From positions 1,472,001 through 1,536,000 of the forward strand of contig CAVQHD010000001.1 in assembly GCA_963712275.1 (NCBI GenBank): a stretch of 64,000 nt of DNA. Reading direction: 5' to 3'. The notes beneath the pieces are model-generated. The model had not been told where the DNA came from and did not search any database. It saw only the letters and a program-made list of their open reading frames with translations. Numbering within the stretch: the first letter of the stretch is position 1; every line of letters starts with the position of its first letter. Below are positions 50,498 through 60,910 of the stretch, one piece after another. This DNA comes from an uncultured Rhabdochlamydiaceae bacterium (GTDB lineage: Bacteria > Chlamydiota > Chlamydiia > Chlamydiales > Rhabdochlamydiaceae). A program made the translations under genes and the position numbers.

Positions 50498-50774
50498 ATC
50501 GAATTTTAATAAACTGTGCCGCCTCAGCAGGATTTCTGCGACGGAAGAAGAAAAGAAGCATCTTCTTAAGAGCATCGATGATATTTTAGTCTATGTTTCT
50601 CAGCTCGAAGATGTTGATACAGAGGGCGTCATCCCTTGTTTTACCATTCATGAAACCCTCCATACCGTTACACGAGAAGATATTCCTGAAGCTCCTTTAT
50701 CTCGAGATCTTCTTCTTGCAAATGCTCCTTCCCATGTGGGTGGGATGATTCGGGTTCCCCGCGTTCTTAAATAA
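50490..50774 (+). CDS. gatC: Asp/Glu-tRNA amidotransferase subunit C
   Basis: LSRI, L..VDT.GV.P, RED, NAP....VP.V. Confidence 0.92.
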   Translation: MDESNFNKLCRLSRISATEEEKKHLLKSIDDILVYVSQLEDVDTEGVIPCFTIHETLHTVTREDIPEAPLSRDLLLANAPSHVGGMIRVPRVLK

Positions 50775-50782
50775 TAGGTGAA

Positions 50783-52246
50783 ATGGTGTATCAACTCTCT
50801 GCATGTGCCCTACAGGACCTGTTTCTAAAAGGCGAGGTTTCAGCTGTGCAGATTGCTGAGCAAGCGGTCAAGCGGACGGAGCATTTCGACTCAAAAGTGG
50901 GCGCTTTCCTCACTCTATTTTCTGAGCGGATAATCCAAAAAGCGCGAGAGCTTGATCAGAAGCGTGCCCGAGGTGAAAAGCTAGGAAAGCTTGCCGCCAT
51001 CCCTATCGCACTGAAGGATAATATCAATGTCTTTGGTGAAAAAACAACCTGCGGTTCCCAGTTTCTATCGAACTATACTTCCGTCTTTGATGCGACGGCT
51101 GTCCGTCTGATTGAAGAGGCAGACGGGCTCTTGATTGGGAAGACTAACATGGATGAATTTGCGATGGGGTCCTCGACTGAAAACTCCTCCTTTCATCCGA
51201 CAAAAAATCCATGGGATCTGAGCTGCTCGCCCGGAGGATCTTCAGGGGGCTCTGCCGCCGCTGTTGCTGCAAGGTTTTGCCCGCTTGCTTTAGGGAGCGA
51301 TACAGGAGGCTCGATTAGGCAGCCTGCCGCCTTTTGTGGAATTGTGGGCTTTAAACCTTCCTACGGCAGAGTCTCTAGAAACGGACTTGTCGCATTTGGA
51401 TCCTCTCTTGATCAAATGGGCCCTTTGTCAAACAACGTGATGGACGCCGCCCTTCTTTTTGACGTCATCGCCCAGCCGTGCAAATACGATTCAACCGCTA
51501 TTTCTCACCCCTCCCCTTCTGCTGTAGCTGCCTTAAAGATACCTCTTAAAGGCCTTTCAATCGGCGTCCCGTGGCATTTTCTAGAAGGGCTTGGAACTGA
51601 AGCCCAAAAAAATTTCGAGACCTCATTAGGCATCTTGAAAAGCTTGGGATGTACGATTGTCGATGTCGATCTTGACATTTTGAAATATTCGATTGCCGTC
51701 TACTACATTCTCGCCACCGCGGAAGCTTCGACAAACCTGGCAAGGTTCGATGGGATCAGATATGGCAAAAGGTCGCCCTCCGCAACGACAGTGGATGAAA
51801 TTTTCGACTTTTCCAGAGCGGAAGGGTTCGGCCAAGAAGTGAAGCGCCGGATCATGCTTGGCACCTATGTCCTTTCCGCCGGCTATCAAGATGCCTACTA
51901 TAAAAAAGCTCAAAAAGTGCGCACACTTGTGATTGAGCAGTATAAAAAAGCATTCAAAACCTGTCAGATCATTGCTACACCCACCTCTCCCTTCACTGCT
52001 TTTACTCTAGGGGAGATTCAAGATCCCCTTCAAATGTATCTCCAAGACATCTACACCGTTCCCATCAATCTTGCCGGCCTCCCAGCGATCTCTGTTCCTT
52101 CAGGCTTTTGCTTAAAAGGGCGCCCCTTTGCCCTTCATCTGACAGCCCCCTTCCTCCACGACGGTGAAGCCTTCAGATGCGGCTGGCACTTTGAAAATGC
52201 CCTTGGACTCACAGGAAAAGTTCCACCTCTCTTCGATCAAGGATAA
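50783..52246 (+). CDS. gatA: Asp/Glu-tRNA amidotransferase subunit A
   Basis: KDN, GKTNMDEFAMGS, GGSSGGS, GSDTGGSIRQPA. Confidence 0.97.
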   Translation: MVYQLSACALQDLFLKGEVSAVQIAEQAVKRTEHFDSKVGAFLTLFSERIIQKARELDQKRARGEKLGKLAAIPIALKDNINVFGEKTTCGSQFLSNYTSVFDATAVRLIEEADGLLIGKTNMDEFAMGSSTENSSFHPTKNPWDLSCSPGGSSGGSAAAVAARFCPLALGSDTGGSIRQPAAFCGIVGFKPSYGRVSRNGLVAFGSSLDQMGPLSNNVMDAALLFDVIAQPCKYDSTAISHPSPSAVAALKIPLKGLSIGVPWHFLEGLGTEAQKNFETSLGILKSLGCTIVDVDLDILKYSIAVYYILATAEASTNLARFDGIRYGKRSPSATTVDEIFDFSRAEGFGQEVKRRIMLGTYVLSAGYQDAYYKKAQKVRTLVIEQYKKAFKTCQIIATPTSPFTAFTLGEIQDPLQMYLQDIYTVPINLAGLPAISVPSGFCLKGRPFALHLTAPFLHDGEAFRCGWHFENALGLTGKVPPLFDQG

Positions 52247-52251
52247 ACTCT

Positions 52252-53706
52252 ATGACAGACGTACATTATGAAAATTGGGAAGTGATTATCGGCCTTGAGA
52301 TTCACGTCCAGCTAAATACAAAATCGAAGATGTTTGGCTGCGAGCCGTACCATTTTGGCTCAGAGCCCAATCTCGATATTGGAGTTGTTTGCACAGGGCA
52401 GCCTGGAGCCCTTCCGGTTCTCAACAAGGAGGCCGTCCGAAAAGCGGTTCAATTTGGGTGCGCTGTGAAAGCTCAAATCGCCCCTATCAGCCGCTTTGAC
52501 CGAAAATCGTACTTCTACCCTGACAACCCCAAAAACTACCAAATCACACAGCTCGAGTATCCGATTGTCCAAGGGGGTGTGATCGTCACTGAAGTAGGAG
52601 GCGTCACAAAACACTTTCAAATCAATCGCGCCCATCTCGAAGAAGACGCCGGCATGCTGAAGCACTTTTCTACTTTCTCAGGTGTCGACTTCAACCGCGC
52701 AGGAGTGCCTCTCCTAGAGATCGTCTCAGAACCGTGCATCCACTCTCCCAAAGAGGCCTCTGCCTATGCCATGGCAACCAAAGCAATCTTAGAATACATC
52801 GGCGCCTCTGACTGCAATATGGAAGAGGGCTCTCTGCGAGTAGACGCCAACATTTCTGTCCGTCCTAAGGGAGAACAAAAATATCGGAATAAAATCGAAA
52901 TTAAAAACATGAACTCGTTTTCCAATATGGAAATCGCGCTTGAATCAGAAATTCGGCGGCAAATTCAATTTTACACAGCCCATCCCCACGAAGAAATTGC
53001 ACGGGGAACCTACCGGTTCGATCCAGAAACAGGAGGAGTGATTCACATGCGATCCAAAGAAGAGGCCGACGATTACCGGTACTTCCCTGAGCCAGATATC
53101 CCCTCTGTTGAAATCTCTGAAGCCTCTATTGAAGAGATCCGCGCTGCTCTCCCTGAGCTTCCACGTGAGCGGTACTTCCGTTACCTGAATGACCTTAAAA
53201 TTCCCGAGCAGCCTGCTTTCTTGCTCGTCAGTGATAAAAAACTCTCTGATTACTTTGAGCAAGGGTTAAAGGAATGTGCCAACCCCAAGGCGCTTGCCAA
53301 CTGGCTGACGGTCGAATTCCCTGGCCGCCTCAAAGACAAAGGAAAGAGACTCTGGGATCTTGCCATTCCAAGCTCTCACATCGCTGAGCTTGTACAGCTT
53401 ATCGACAAGCAGATTATTACAGGGAAAATTGCCAAAAGCGTTGCCGATGAGATGGTCAGTGAGCCTCTCACTCCACCCTCGGAAATTGTGCAACGAAACC
53501 GAGACTACCAACCGATTGCAGACACCGCATCCATCAAGGCACTGATCGACCAGGTTCTCAAAGCCCACCCCAACCTCATCACCGATTACAAGGCAGGCAA
53601 AAAGAAGGTCTTTGGATTTCTCATCGGCCAAGTCATGGCCCTTTGCCAAGGAAAGGCCTCTCCTGAAGTTGTCAACTCTCTCCTTTTAGAGAGAATCAAT
53701 CAATAA
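52252..53706 (+). CDS. gatB: Asp/Glu-tRNA amidotransferase subunit B
   Basis: IGLEIH, FDRKSYFYPD, HLEEDAG, EIKNMNS, YRYFPEPD. Confidence 0.97.
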   Translation: MTDVHYENWEVIIGLEIHVQLNTKSKMFGCEPYHFGSEPNLDIGVVCTGQPGALPVLNKEAVRKAVQFGCAVKAQIAPISRFDRKSYFYPDNPKNYQITQLEYPIVQGGVIVTEVGGVTKHFQINRAHLEEDAGMLKHFSTFSGVDFNRAGVPLLEIVSEPCIHSPKEASAYAMATKAILEYIGASDCNMEEGSLRVDANISVRPKGEQKYRNKIEIKNMNSFSNMEIALESEIRRQIQFYTAHPHEEIARGTYRFDPETGGVIHMRSKEEADDYRYFPEPDIPSVEISEASIEEIRAALPELPRERYFRYLNDLKIPEQPAFLLVSDKKLSDYFEQGLKECANPKALANWLTVEFPGRLKDKGKRLWDLAIPSSHIAELVQLIDKQIITGKIAKSVADEMVSEPLTPPSEIVQRNRDYQPIADTASIKALIDQVLKAHPNLITDYKAGKKKVFGFLIGQVMALCQGKASPEVVNSLLLERINQ

Positions 53707-53715
53707 TAGTCCCTT

Positions 53716-54681
53716 TTACGATGGTGCAGCTTCGTCGATCTTTTCACTAGAAACATCATCGCCATTCTCGAGCTCAAAAAACTCATCCTCATCATCATCG
53801 GACATCCAACGTAAGTCCTCCTGTGTAGGCGGATTTTGACGCTTGCTGCTAGTTGATAACTTTTTTTTCTCATCGGGAACAACATCCAGAAGATTTAATC
53901 GTGCGCCAGGTAGGCCATCTTTCTTCTGCTCCCCTTGCGCAGGAGTGTCTGTTTGACTAGATTCAGATGTAGTGACTGCTGTTACTGAAGAAGGAGGGCT
54001 AGAATTTGGCGACGTGCTAGGTAGAGTCTCTATCTCCTCCCGTGTTGGAGAAGAAGTCTTAGAATCCCCGTTCTCCTCTTCAATCACCTCAATCTTAGGT
54101 CTTTCTTGGCTAGATGTATAGATTTTATAAAGCGTGCAGAGATTGAAAATCGATATTGTAATGAACATCGAACGGGGGGCAGAAAAAAAGACAAGAGCCA
54201 CATTGACTACCAGCTGAAGTACTCTTGTTCCAGGATCGAGGTCCGGTTTTTTTCCTTGGTTCAATCGACCTATAGCTGCGGGGGCAGCCCCTGCAACAAC
54301 CATCATCGACCACCAACTGAACAGCCCTGCCTTAAAGGAGGTGTTTAGGATCGACTCTGACGATGTTAAGAACAAAAGGTTTGTTCTCATTGCGATCTGT
54401 TGGCACAAATGGCACGCGCTCCAAGGAAGGACCAAAATGCGAATACCGATTCGAGTGATGAGTTTAATATTCTGCGTCCATTTTGCTTCAGGATCGGCAA
54501 AATAATGAACCGTGGCATCTACAAGAGCTGCGGTAAAAAGGACAGGTTGAATATAAGGGCTGTTTCCTACAAGGGTTAACAGCATTGGAAAATGAACAGC
54601 ATACTCCGCTACTTTATGATTTATTCCCCATTGAATTGTATTAGAGGCTAAGTTTAAAATTTTTTTTGGTATTGTAATCAT
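53716..54681 (-). CDS. hypothetical multi-TM protein with Ser/Thr- and acid-rich tail
   Basis: 321 aa; hydrophobic N-terminal half, low-complexity C-terminal half. Confidence 0.6.
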   Translation of the reverse strand: MITIPKKILNLASNTIQWGINHKVAEYAVHFPMLLTLVGNSPYIQPVLFTAALVDATVHYFADPEAKWTQNIKLITRIGIRILVLPWSACHLCQQIAMRTNLLFLTSSESILNTSFKAGLFSWWSMMVVAGAAPAAIGRLNQGKKPDLDPGTRVLQLVVNVALVFFSAPRSMFITISIFNLCTLYKIYTSSQERPKIEVIEEENGDSKTSSPTREEIETLPSTSPNSSPPSSVTAVTTSESSQTDTPAQGEQKKDGLPGARLNLLDVVPDEKKKLSTSSKRQNPPTQEDLRWMSDDDEDEFFELENGDDVSSEKIDEAAPS

Positions 54682-54763
54682 TGGCTAATTCTTTTTTTGG
54701 CCTTTATCATAGGCGATTAGACCTTGAAATCCAAGCAAGATTTTTCAATTTTACCGGGCAAAT

Positions 54764-55630
54764 TTACTGAGATAGGTTCCTAGGATGGAATTTTTCAAAG
54801 GATTCATGTAAATGCTTGCGGCTAATATGGGTATAACGGTCTGTCGTCGCAATATTGGCATGCCCTAAAAGCTCTTGTATGACGCGCAAGTCGGCGTTGT
54901 TTTCGAGGAGATGGGTTGCAAAAGAGTGTCGAAGGGTATGAGGCGAGACTTTTTTGGCAATCCCCGCTTTTCTAGCATACCATTTCGCCCGCTCCCAGAC
55001 CCCTATACGGCTGATCCTAGCCCCTCGCAAGGTTGTGAAGAGGGCTCCGTCCCCTTCTTTGCGAAAGTAAAGAAGAAAATGGTCTAAAGTCATGACTGCG
55101 ATAGGGGCAACTGGAACGATCCGCTCTTTCCCCCCTTTGCCTTTCACACGAACATGATCATCAGAGACATCCCCCACGTTAAGCTGGCACACTTCTGAAA
55201 CCCTTAAGCCCGCTGCATACATCAAATGAAAAAGAGCTCGATCCCGCGCACCAATAAAATCGTCTGTGGAAGGGGCTGCTAAAAATTGGGTGACTTCCTC
55301 CACTGTCATCACATCGGGGATGAGCTGCCACATTTTAGGGCTTTCTAGAAAAAGGGTTGGGTTGTGCTCCATCACTTTTTCCCGCTTTAAAAACCGAAAA
55401 AAGACCTTTACAGCGACAAGCGCTCGGCAAAGGGAGCTTGAAGCAATGCCTCGATTTTTAAGATGATCAAAGTAGGCAATCACATGTTCAGACATGAGCT
55501 CAATAAGGGGCTTGCCTTGGAGAAACTGAATAAACCCCCTTAAGTCTCTGCCATACGCTTCCAAAGTGTGCGGACTGAGTCCTTTTTCAGAACCCAAATA
55601 CATCAAAAAGTCATTTAATTCTTTTTCCAT
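54764..55630 (-). CDS. xerD: tyrosine recombinase XerD
   Basis: T..AY..DL, RDRA...Y..GLRVSE, GKGGKER, HTLRHSFATH, LGH, TT.RY. Confidence 0.9.
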   Translation of the reverse strand: MEKELNDFLMYLGSEKGLSPHTLEAYGRDLRGFIQFLQGKPLIELMSEHVIAYFDHLKNRGIASSSLCRALVAVKVFFRFLKREKVMEHNPTLFLESPKMWQLIPDVMTVEEVTQFLAAPSTDDFIGARDRALFHLMYAAGLRVSEVCQLNVGDVSDDHVRVKGKGGKERIVPVAPIAVMTLDHFLLYFRKEGDGALFTTLRGARISRIGVWERAKWYARKAGIAKKVSPHTLRHSFATHLLENNADLRVIQELLGHANIATTDRYTHISRKHLHESFEKFHPRNLSQ

Positions 55631-55654
55631 GGAAGCACTCTAATCCAGCTTTTG

Positions 55655-55680
55655 CTTTCGTGAACGTTCCCTTGCCCGAT
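55655..55680. repeat. shortened single arm of the 49310 repeat family
   Basis: ctttcgtgaacgttcccttgcccgat equals the right arm minus 12 internal bp. Confidence 0.7.
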
Positions 55681-55716
55681 TCTTCCATCTGTTGATATTA
55701 CAGAAAAAAAGGTATC

Positions 55717-56880
55717 ATGAATACAACAATGCATACTCAAAAAGTTCCACACCCGTCGTGGATTGAAATCGACCTTCGCCAGTTCAAGAAAAACATCTCC
55801 ATTCTTCGCCATTACATAGAGGGAGTTGCAAATTCTGCAACTCCCGCAGGAAGCCCTTTGTTTTGTCTGCCTGTTAAGGCAAATGCGTATGGCCATGGTC
55901 TCTGCGCCATCGGCAGAGCGGCCGAAGAGGCTGGCGTGCATTATTTGGGCGTTGCCCATCTACAAGAGGGTATTCAATTACGCCAAGCCAACATCCAAAT
56001 CCCCATCTTAGTCTTGGGAGCTATTCACGAAGAGCAAATTCTCGACCTGATTAAGTTTAACTTAGAGCTCACGATTAGCTCTAAATTAAAGGCAGACCTT
56101 GTTGCCGACAAATGCAAAAAGCTAGGAAAAAAGTGTTCCGTCCATCTAGAGGTCGATACAGGCATGCAGCGAACAGGGGTACGTCCATCGACAGCACCTG
56201 CGCTTTTTCAATATCTGAAAAATTTAAATTGCTTTGAAATCAAAGGTGTTTATTCCCATTTAGCTACCGCTGAAAAGCAGAGTGATTTATTCACACTCAA
56301 GCAAATTGACACGTTCACCTCTTTATTGAAAGATCCTGTCTTTCAGGGGACCCCTTTGATCCGCCATCTTGCCAATTCAGGAGGTACTATCTATTTTCCA
56401 GATTCTCACCTCGATATGGTCCGCCCCTCTCTGATCACCTTTGGATATCTGCCGCAGAATGCTCCCGAGCTGCTTGCTAACATTGCTCCTTGCTTTTCCC
56501 TTAAAACAAAAGTCTCCTATTTTAAGGTTGTTGAAAAAGGGCATGGGGTCAGTTATGGGCACTCTTATACGACTCCTAGACAGACACGGATTATCACTGT
56601 CCCCATTGGATATGGGGATGGATATCGACGCTCTCTCTCTAACCGCGGCTTTGTCTTGATTCGAGGAGAGCGGTTTCCTATTGTGGGAACCATTTGCATG
56701 GATCAATTCATGGTGGATGTTGGAGAGCAGGAAGTCTATGTAGGAGATGAGGTGGTTTTAATTGGTAAGCAAGGAAAGCATGAAATTACCGTCCAGGAGA
56801 TCGCAGATCTCTGCGATACCAATCCCTATGAAGTGCTCTGCTTTTTTAACGACCGATTGCCAAGAATTTATTTGAATTAG
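55717..56880 (+). CDS. alr: alanine racemase
   Basis: VKANAYGHG PLP motif, DTGM.R.G, SH.A, ANS, GYGDG, CMDQ. Confidence 0.95.
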   Translation: MNTTMHTQKVPHPSWIEIDLRQFKKNISILRHYIEGVANSATPAGSPLFCLPVKANAYGHGLCAIGRAAEEAGVHYLGVAHLQEGIQLRQANIQIPILVLGAIHEEQILDLIKFNLELTISSKLKADLVADKCKKLGKKCSVHLEVDTGMQRTGVRPSTAPALFQYLKNLNCFEIKGVYSHLATAEKQSDLFTLKQIDTFTSLLKDPVFQGTPLIRHLANSGGTIYFPDSHLDMVRPSLITFGYLPQNAPELLANIAPCFSLKTKVSYFKVVEKGHGVSYGHSYTTPRQTRIITVPIGYGDGYRRSLSNRGFVLIRGERFPIVGTICMDQFMVDVGEQEVYVGDEVVLIGKQGKHEITVQEIADLCDTNPYEVLCFFNDRLPRIYLN

Positions 56881-56927
56881 ACAGATAAAAGAATCTTGCA
56901 GTAACTTATTCATAAAAGGAGAAGCCT

Positions 56928-57035
56928 ATGTCAAAAAGTCGCGATACCAAAAAAGAAGAACGAAAAAAACCTCAGAAGAGTCTGAAAGAAAAACGGGCGC
57001 TTAAAGAGGAAAAGAAAAAATCAAGAATGGGTTAA
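56928..57035 (+). CDS. 35-aa highly basic small protein (not in ORF track)
   Basis: aaaggaga SD; MSKSRDTKKEERKKPQKSLKEKRALKEEKKKSRMG*. Confidence 0.7.
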   Translation: MSKSRDTKKEERKKPQKSLKEKRALKEEKKKSRMG

Positions 57036-58264
57036 TGAAATAGGAAAATCGTTTCCATTTCATCAGGAGTAAGGCTTCCATGCATTGCGTGGAAGTTTTG
57101 CTCAAAACGCCCTTTTTCATGCCACCAAATCGAATGGCTACCTTTTGCAAGAATCGCGAGATTTCCAACTCTTTCTTGAAATCGACCTGAGGGAGGGAGA
57201 GAGCCAAAGAACCCTTCGTGAATAAGCTGTGTCGTAGGACAGACCCAAGCAATTTCTTTAAGCGCGAGCTCAAGCTTGTTTTGAACCTCCATGAGCTCTG
57301 GAGGATTGACGTGGAGAAAAAAGTCGCGGCAGGATCCAGCTGGTACGAGAGCTCGGCCATCGGCTCCTTTCTTTAAAGACTTTTCAAGCTCTGGCATTTG
57401 CTCGTTCAAGTAAAAAGTGGTCTTAGGGTGAACATCGATCATCCCATGGTCTGCTGCGACAATGAGCGCTGTAGACCCTCCTACAGTAGAGAATCCTTCA
57501 AGCCCTTGAAAACACCGGTCGAGGGCTTGGATCGCTTGAGGAGATTCAAAACCGTGTCGGTGGGCTTGCGAATCGAAGTCCCCATAATACAGGTAGAAGA
57601 AACCAGGAGACTGAAGATGTTTTTCCAAAAGAGTCAATGCCTGGCACCAGTTTTTATACCCCACACAATGAGCTCCTTGAAACATCCAAGTCGAATAAAT
57701 CGAATGGGCGATCGAGCTGTGTTGAAAGACTGTACTAGGGATCTCCTGTTTTTGAAGCTCTTCAAAAAAATGAGCCTTAGGAAAAAAGCGAGCAGGGTCC
57801 ATTTTAGATGCGAGGGCTCCTCCATTTTTATCTCCTGCAAACATATAAGGCAAAGGTGCAACCACCCGATCTAAAAGAGGCTCATAGATAAACCACTCAT
57901 AGATCCCATGCTGGCTAACCTCTTGATTAGAGCAGAGGGTTGTGATGTGAGCTGCCGTCGTCGAGGGAAACTGAGAGGAGATTTTTGAGACAATCCCCTC
58001 CTTGAAAAACTGGGTTAAAAAGGGGTATCTCGATTGGTGTTTTTCTAAAAATTTCCATCCAAAGCCATCAATCAGAATAAGAATCACCCGCTCATACCGG
58101 CCCGCCTTGACACAATCTTTTGGGAGTCCTCCAGGGCCGCACCCAAAAAGAGAAAGGATGGTCTTTGGAATTTGTGAAAAACCATACGTCTCATACAGAG
58201 GTTTTAAAAATCCTGAGGGGAGGCGTGAGGCTTCGATTGCCGCAAGGGAGTTGTCATTGATCAT
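57032..58264 (-). CDS. alkaline phosphatase superfamily / nucleotide pyrophosphatase
   Basis: LIDGFG, FPSTT, D...H..G, ADHG, HGSL. Confidence 0.85.
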   Translation of the reverse strand: MINDNSLAAIEASRLPSGFLKPLYETYGFSQIPKTILSLFGCGPGGLPKDCVKAGRYERVILILIDGFGWKFLEKHQSRYPFLTQFFKEGIVSKISSQFPSTTAAHITTLCSNQEVSQHGIYEWFIYEPLLDRVVAPLPYMFAGDKNGGALASKMDPARFFPKAHFFEELQKQEIPSTVFQHSSIAHSIYSTWMFQGAHCVGYKNWCQALTLLEKHLQSPGFFYLYYGDFDSQAHRHGFESPQAIQALDRCFQGLEGFSTVGGSTALIVAADHGMIDVHPKTTFYLNEQMPELEKSLKKGADGRALVPAGSCRDFFLHVNPPELMEVQNKLELALKEIAWVCPTTQLIHEGFFGSLPPSGRFQERVGNLAILAKGSHSIWWHEKGRFEQNFHAMHGSLTPDEMETIFLFH

Positions 58265-58348
58265 GAAAGCATTGTACCAAAATCCACATCACGATTGCTA
58301 TGGCGTTTTTCGTCAAAGTTTGGCATCATAAAGCCAGTTGAGGCACTC

Positions 58349-59089
58349 TTGAAGACATCTTGGGAAAATTCTCACCGGTGGTACGATTCGATTGTTGGAG
58401 AAAAAGGGCACTATTACCATGAGCAGATCATTCTGCCGAAAACCCTTCAGCTTTTGCAACTCAAAACCGGTGATTCCGTCCTAGACCTCGCCTGCGGGCA
58501 AGGGGTGCTTGCCAGATCGCTTCCCCAAGGCATTGACTATGTCGGCGTTGACATCTCTGCCTCCCTCATTCAAAGCGCCAAGAAACAATCGAAAGCCCCC
58601 TTCTACGTCTCTGATATTACAAAACCGCTTCAGCTCCGCCACTCCTCCTTCTCCCATGCAACACTCATCTTGGCCCTTCAAAACCTTGAGCATCCTCAGG
58701 CCGCTTTTAAAAACGCAGCCGACCATCTGAAATCCGAAGGAAAGTTTGTCATTGTGCTCAACCACCCCTGTTTCCGAATCCCTCGCCAATCTTCTTGGGG
58801 ACTCGACGAGCCCAAAAAGCTGCAATATCGGCGGGTTGATCTTTATATGAGCTCCCTTAAAATTCCCATTCAGACCCATCCCGGCCAGAAAGAAAGCTCC
58901 TCCACATGGTCTTTCCATCATCCCCTCTCTTTTTATATTCAAACATTGTCCGACACTGGATTTGTCATTGAAAAACTTGAAGAATGGGTATCGGATCGAA
59001 AAAGCACAGGCGCCGCTGCTTCCATGGAAAATCGAAGCCGCAAAGAGTTTCCGCTCTTTATGGCCCTCTCATGCCTAAAAAAATATTAA
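58349..59089 (+). CDS. class I SAM-dependent methyltransferase
   Basis: LDLACGQG, GVDIS, NHPCF; start codon uncertain. Confidence 0.85.
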   Translation: MKTSWENSHRWYDSIVGEKGHYYHEQIILPKTLQLLQLKTGDSVLDLACGQGVLARSLPQGIDYVGVDISASLIQSAKKQSKAPFYVSDITKPLQLRHSSFSHATLILALQNLEHPQAAFKNAADHLKSEGKFVIVLNHPCFRIPRQSSWGLDEPKKLQYRRVDLYMSSLKIPIQTHPGQKESSSTWSFHHPLSFYIQTLSDTGFVIEKLEEWVSDRKSTGAAASMENRSRKEFPLFMALSCLKKY

Positions 59090-59160
59090 ATCTCTCCTAG
59101 CAGCCAGTGTACATTAAGTCGATAAAAGATTAAAATCACACCTAATTTTAGGGAGAACAC

Positions 59161-60837
59161 ATGGCATTATTAACTCGAACTTCTAGTCAGCAGGAGTTTA
59201 CTTGCAAGCTCCGCGAGTTAAAGTCAGTTTTAAGCTTTAGGGGAGAAGTCATTGATCAATACCTCAATATCATTGACAAAACAAGCTGGCAATGGCGTCT
59301 TCTATGCCTCTTTCGCCCCTTTTACACTCTTTTAGGATATGATGCGTATAGCCATGTTCGCGTTAACCGTGTTGTGGAAAACTTTTTTAAATACTGTAAA
59401 ACCAATCAACAATATCTCGATGCGAATCTTGTTAAGAAAATCATAGACGAAATTCTTACCCCTCTCAACGTAAAAACAAAATCAAGATCTCAATTTTTGA
59501 TTGATAGCACGATCCATCGACTACAATCACTTTTATCTACAGAAAATAAGTCCTCTCCTAAACCAGTTGGTCCAAATAATTGCCGCTGGCTTTCAACGAC
59601 GGAAACTGCAACGGGAATTAGTGTGCAGCAACAACAGGTGTTTGAAACAGCTCTTTCCTGTGCCTATTCTTCCACGACGCCTAAAATAACTTATGAAAAA
59701 GACATCTCAACTCCGAAGATTGTCCATTACTTGCATGTCTGGGAAGGACCAAAAATGGTTCGCTCTTTCATGCTCCCTATGAAGATTGTTATTTACACCC
59801 CTCCTTCTAAAACCGACCAAGTCATCATTGTGACTAAAAAAGAGGTTTTCGGCGGCGAAGAGAGGCATGTGAGAGTCTGTTATAATGCAACACTAGGAGA
59901 AGTGTTAGTAAAAAAACAGATTACTTCACTAGAAAAAGGGCTGCTAACCTGCTTTCAAAAAACGCCGGCAAGAGGTGTTGAAAAAATTAACTTTTGGAGG
60001 GACTATCCAAATAAGACACATGTTTTTGAGCCCTTTTACGAAGGAACACTCAAAGACCTCTTAACAACAGATAAACAACTTCTCAAAGATCAAACAGTAA
60101 AGCTCTCTATCACCAAAGACCTTCTTTGCGGTTTAAAAAAGGTGCATGAGTGCTCATTCTCAAACTTATCTTTTAGTCGACAAGTGATAAGAGGTGATCA
60201 AAAGATCACCTATTCGCTTAAAGCTGACTCTGTTCCAGTTTACCATGGAGATTTAAAGCCACTCAACATTCTTCACCGTCTTTCTCCGGGAACAGGGAAA
60301 CGAGAAGTTGTCATTATCGATTTTGGAGCATCCGGCCGGCTACTCGCTAATGTTGGTTCAACAGGATTTAGTCCTCCTGAACAACTTCAGCTCATGATCT
60401 CTGAAAAACCTCTTGAACTGCTATCTGATGATGAATCCACAATACAACTAGAAAAACAAAAAGATCACAACCTCAAGCATGGCCAAGCCAAAGATATCTG
60501 GTCCATGGGTTTGATCTTAACAGCTCTTGTGGCAGAAAAAACCTCTTCGGCTTGTGAATTCTTCGAAAGGATAGGCTTACCTCCTATGCCCTCTATAGAA
60601 AAGTGTATTAACCCCACTCCGCTTCCGAGTGTTTTCCGTGACCAAAAGATCATTTCTTTAACGCAACAAGCAATTGATGACGATTTAAACAACCCTGCCA
60701 TAATCTCGCAATCTGATCTAATGAATCAATCTATGTTAACGATCATTCGAGAAATGCTAAAGGTTGACCCCGCCAAGAGAATCTCAGCTAAAACAGCTTT
60801 AGAGATGTTTAACAAGTCCTTCCCCAAGGTGGAGTAA
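59161..60837 (+). CDS. Hanks-type Ser/Thr protein kinase with unique N-terminal domain
   Basis: HGDLKPLN, IDFG, PPE, DIWSMG, DP.KR. Confidence 0.85.
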   Translation: MALLTRTSSQQEFTCKLRELKSVLSFRGEVIDQYLNIIDKTSWQWRLLCLFRPFYTLLGYDAYSHVRVNRVVENFFKYCKTNQQYLDANLVKKIIDEILTPLNVKTKSRSQFLIDSTIHRLQSLLSTENKSSPKPVGPNNCRWLSTTETATGISVQQQQVFETALSCAYSSTTPKITYEKDISTPKIVHYLHVWEGPKMVRSFMLPMKIVIYTPPSKTDQVIIVTKKEVFGGEERHVRVCYNATLGEVLVKKQITSLEKGLLTCFQKTPARGVEKINFWRDYPNKTHVFEPFYEGTLKDLLTTDKQLLKDQTVKLSITKDLLCGLKKVHECSFSNLSFSRQVIRGDQKITYSLKADSVPVYHGDLKPLNILHRLSPGTGKREVVIIDFGASGRLLANVGSTGFSPPEQLQLMISEKPLELLSDDESTIQLEKQKDHNLKHGQAKDIWSMGLILTALVAEKTSSACEFFERIGLPPMPSIEKCINPTPLPSVFRDQKIISLTQQAIDDDLNNPAIISQSDLMNQSMLTIIREMLKVDPAKRISAKTALEMFNKSFPKVE

Positions 60838-60910
60838 AACTGCTTAGCAAGTCTTTCGCAAAACTTAAAATTTTACTAATGTTCTAATTTTTAGTTGGTT
60901 ATAATGATTC

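Noticed and set aside
54764..55630. Phage or island integrase
   Set aside because: Looks like housekeeping XerD among core genes; no att repeats or phage genes nearby
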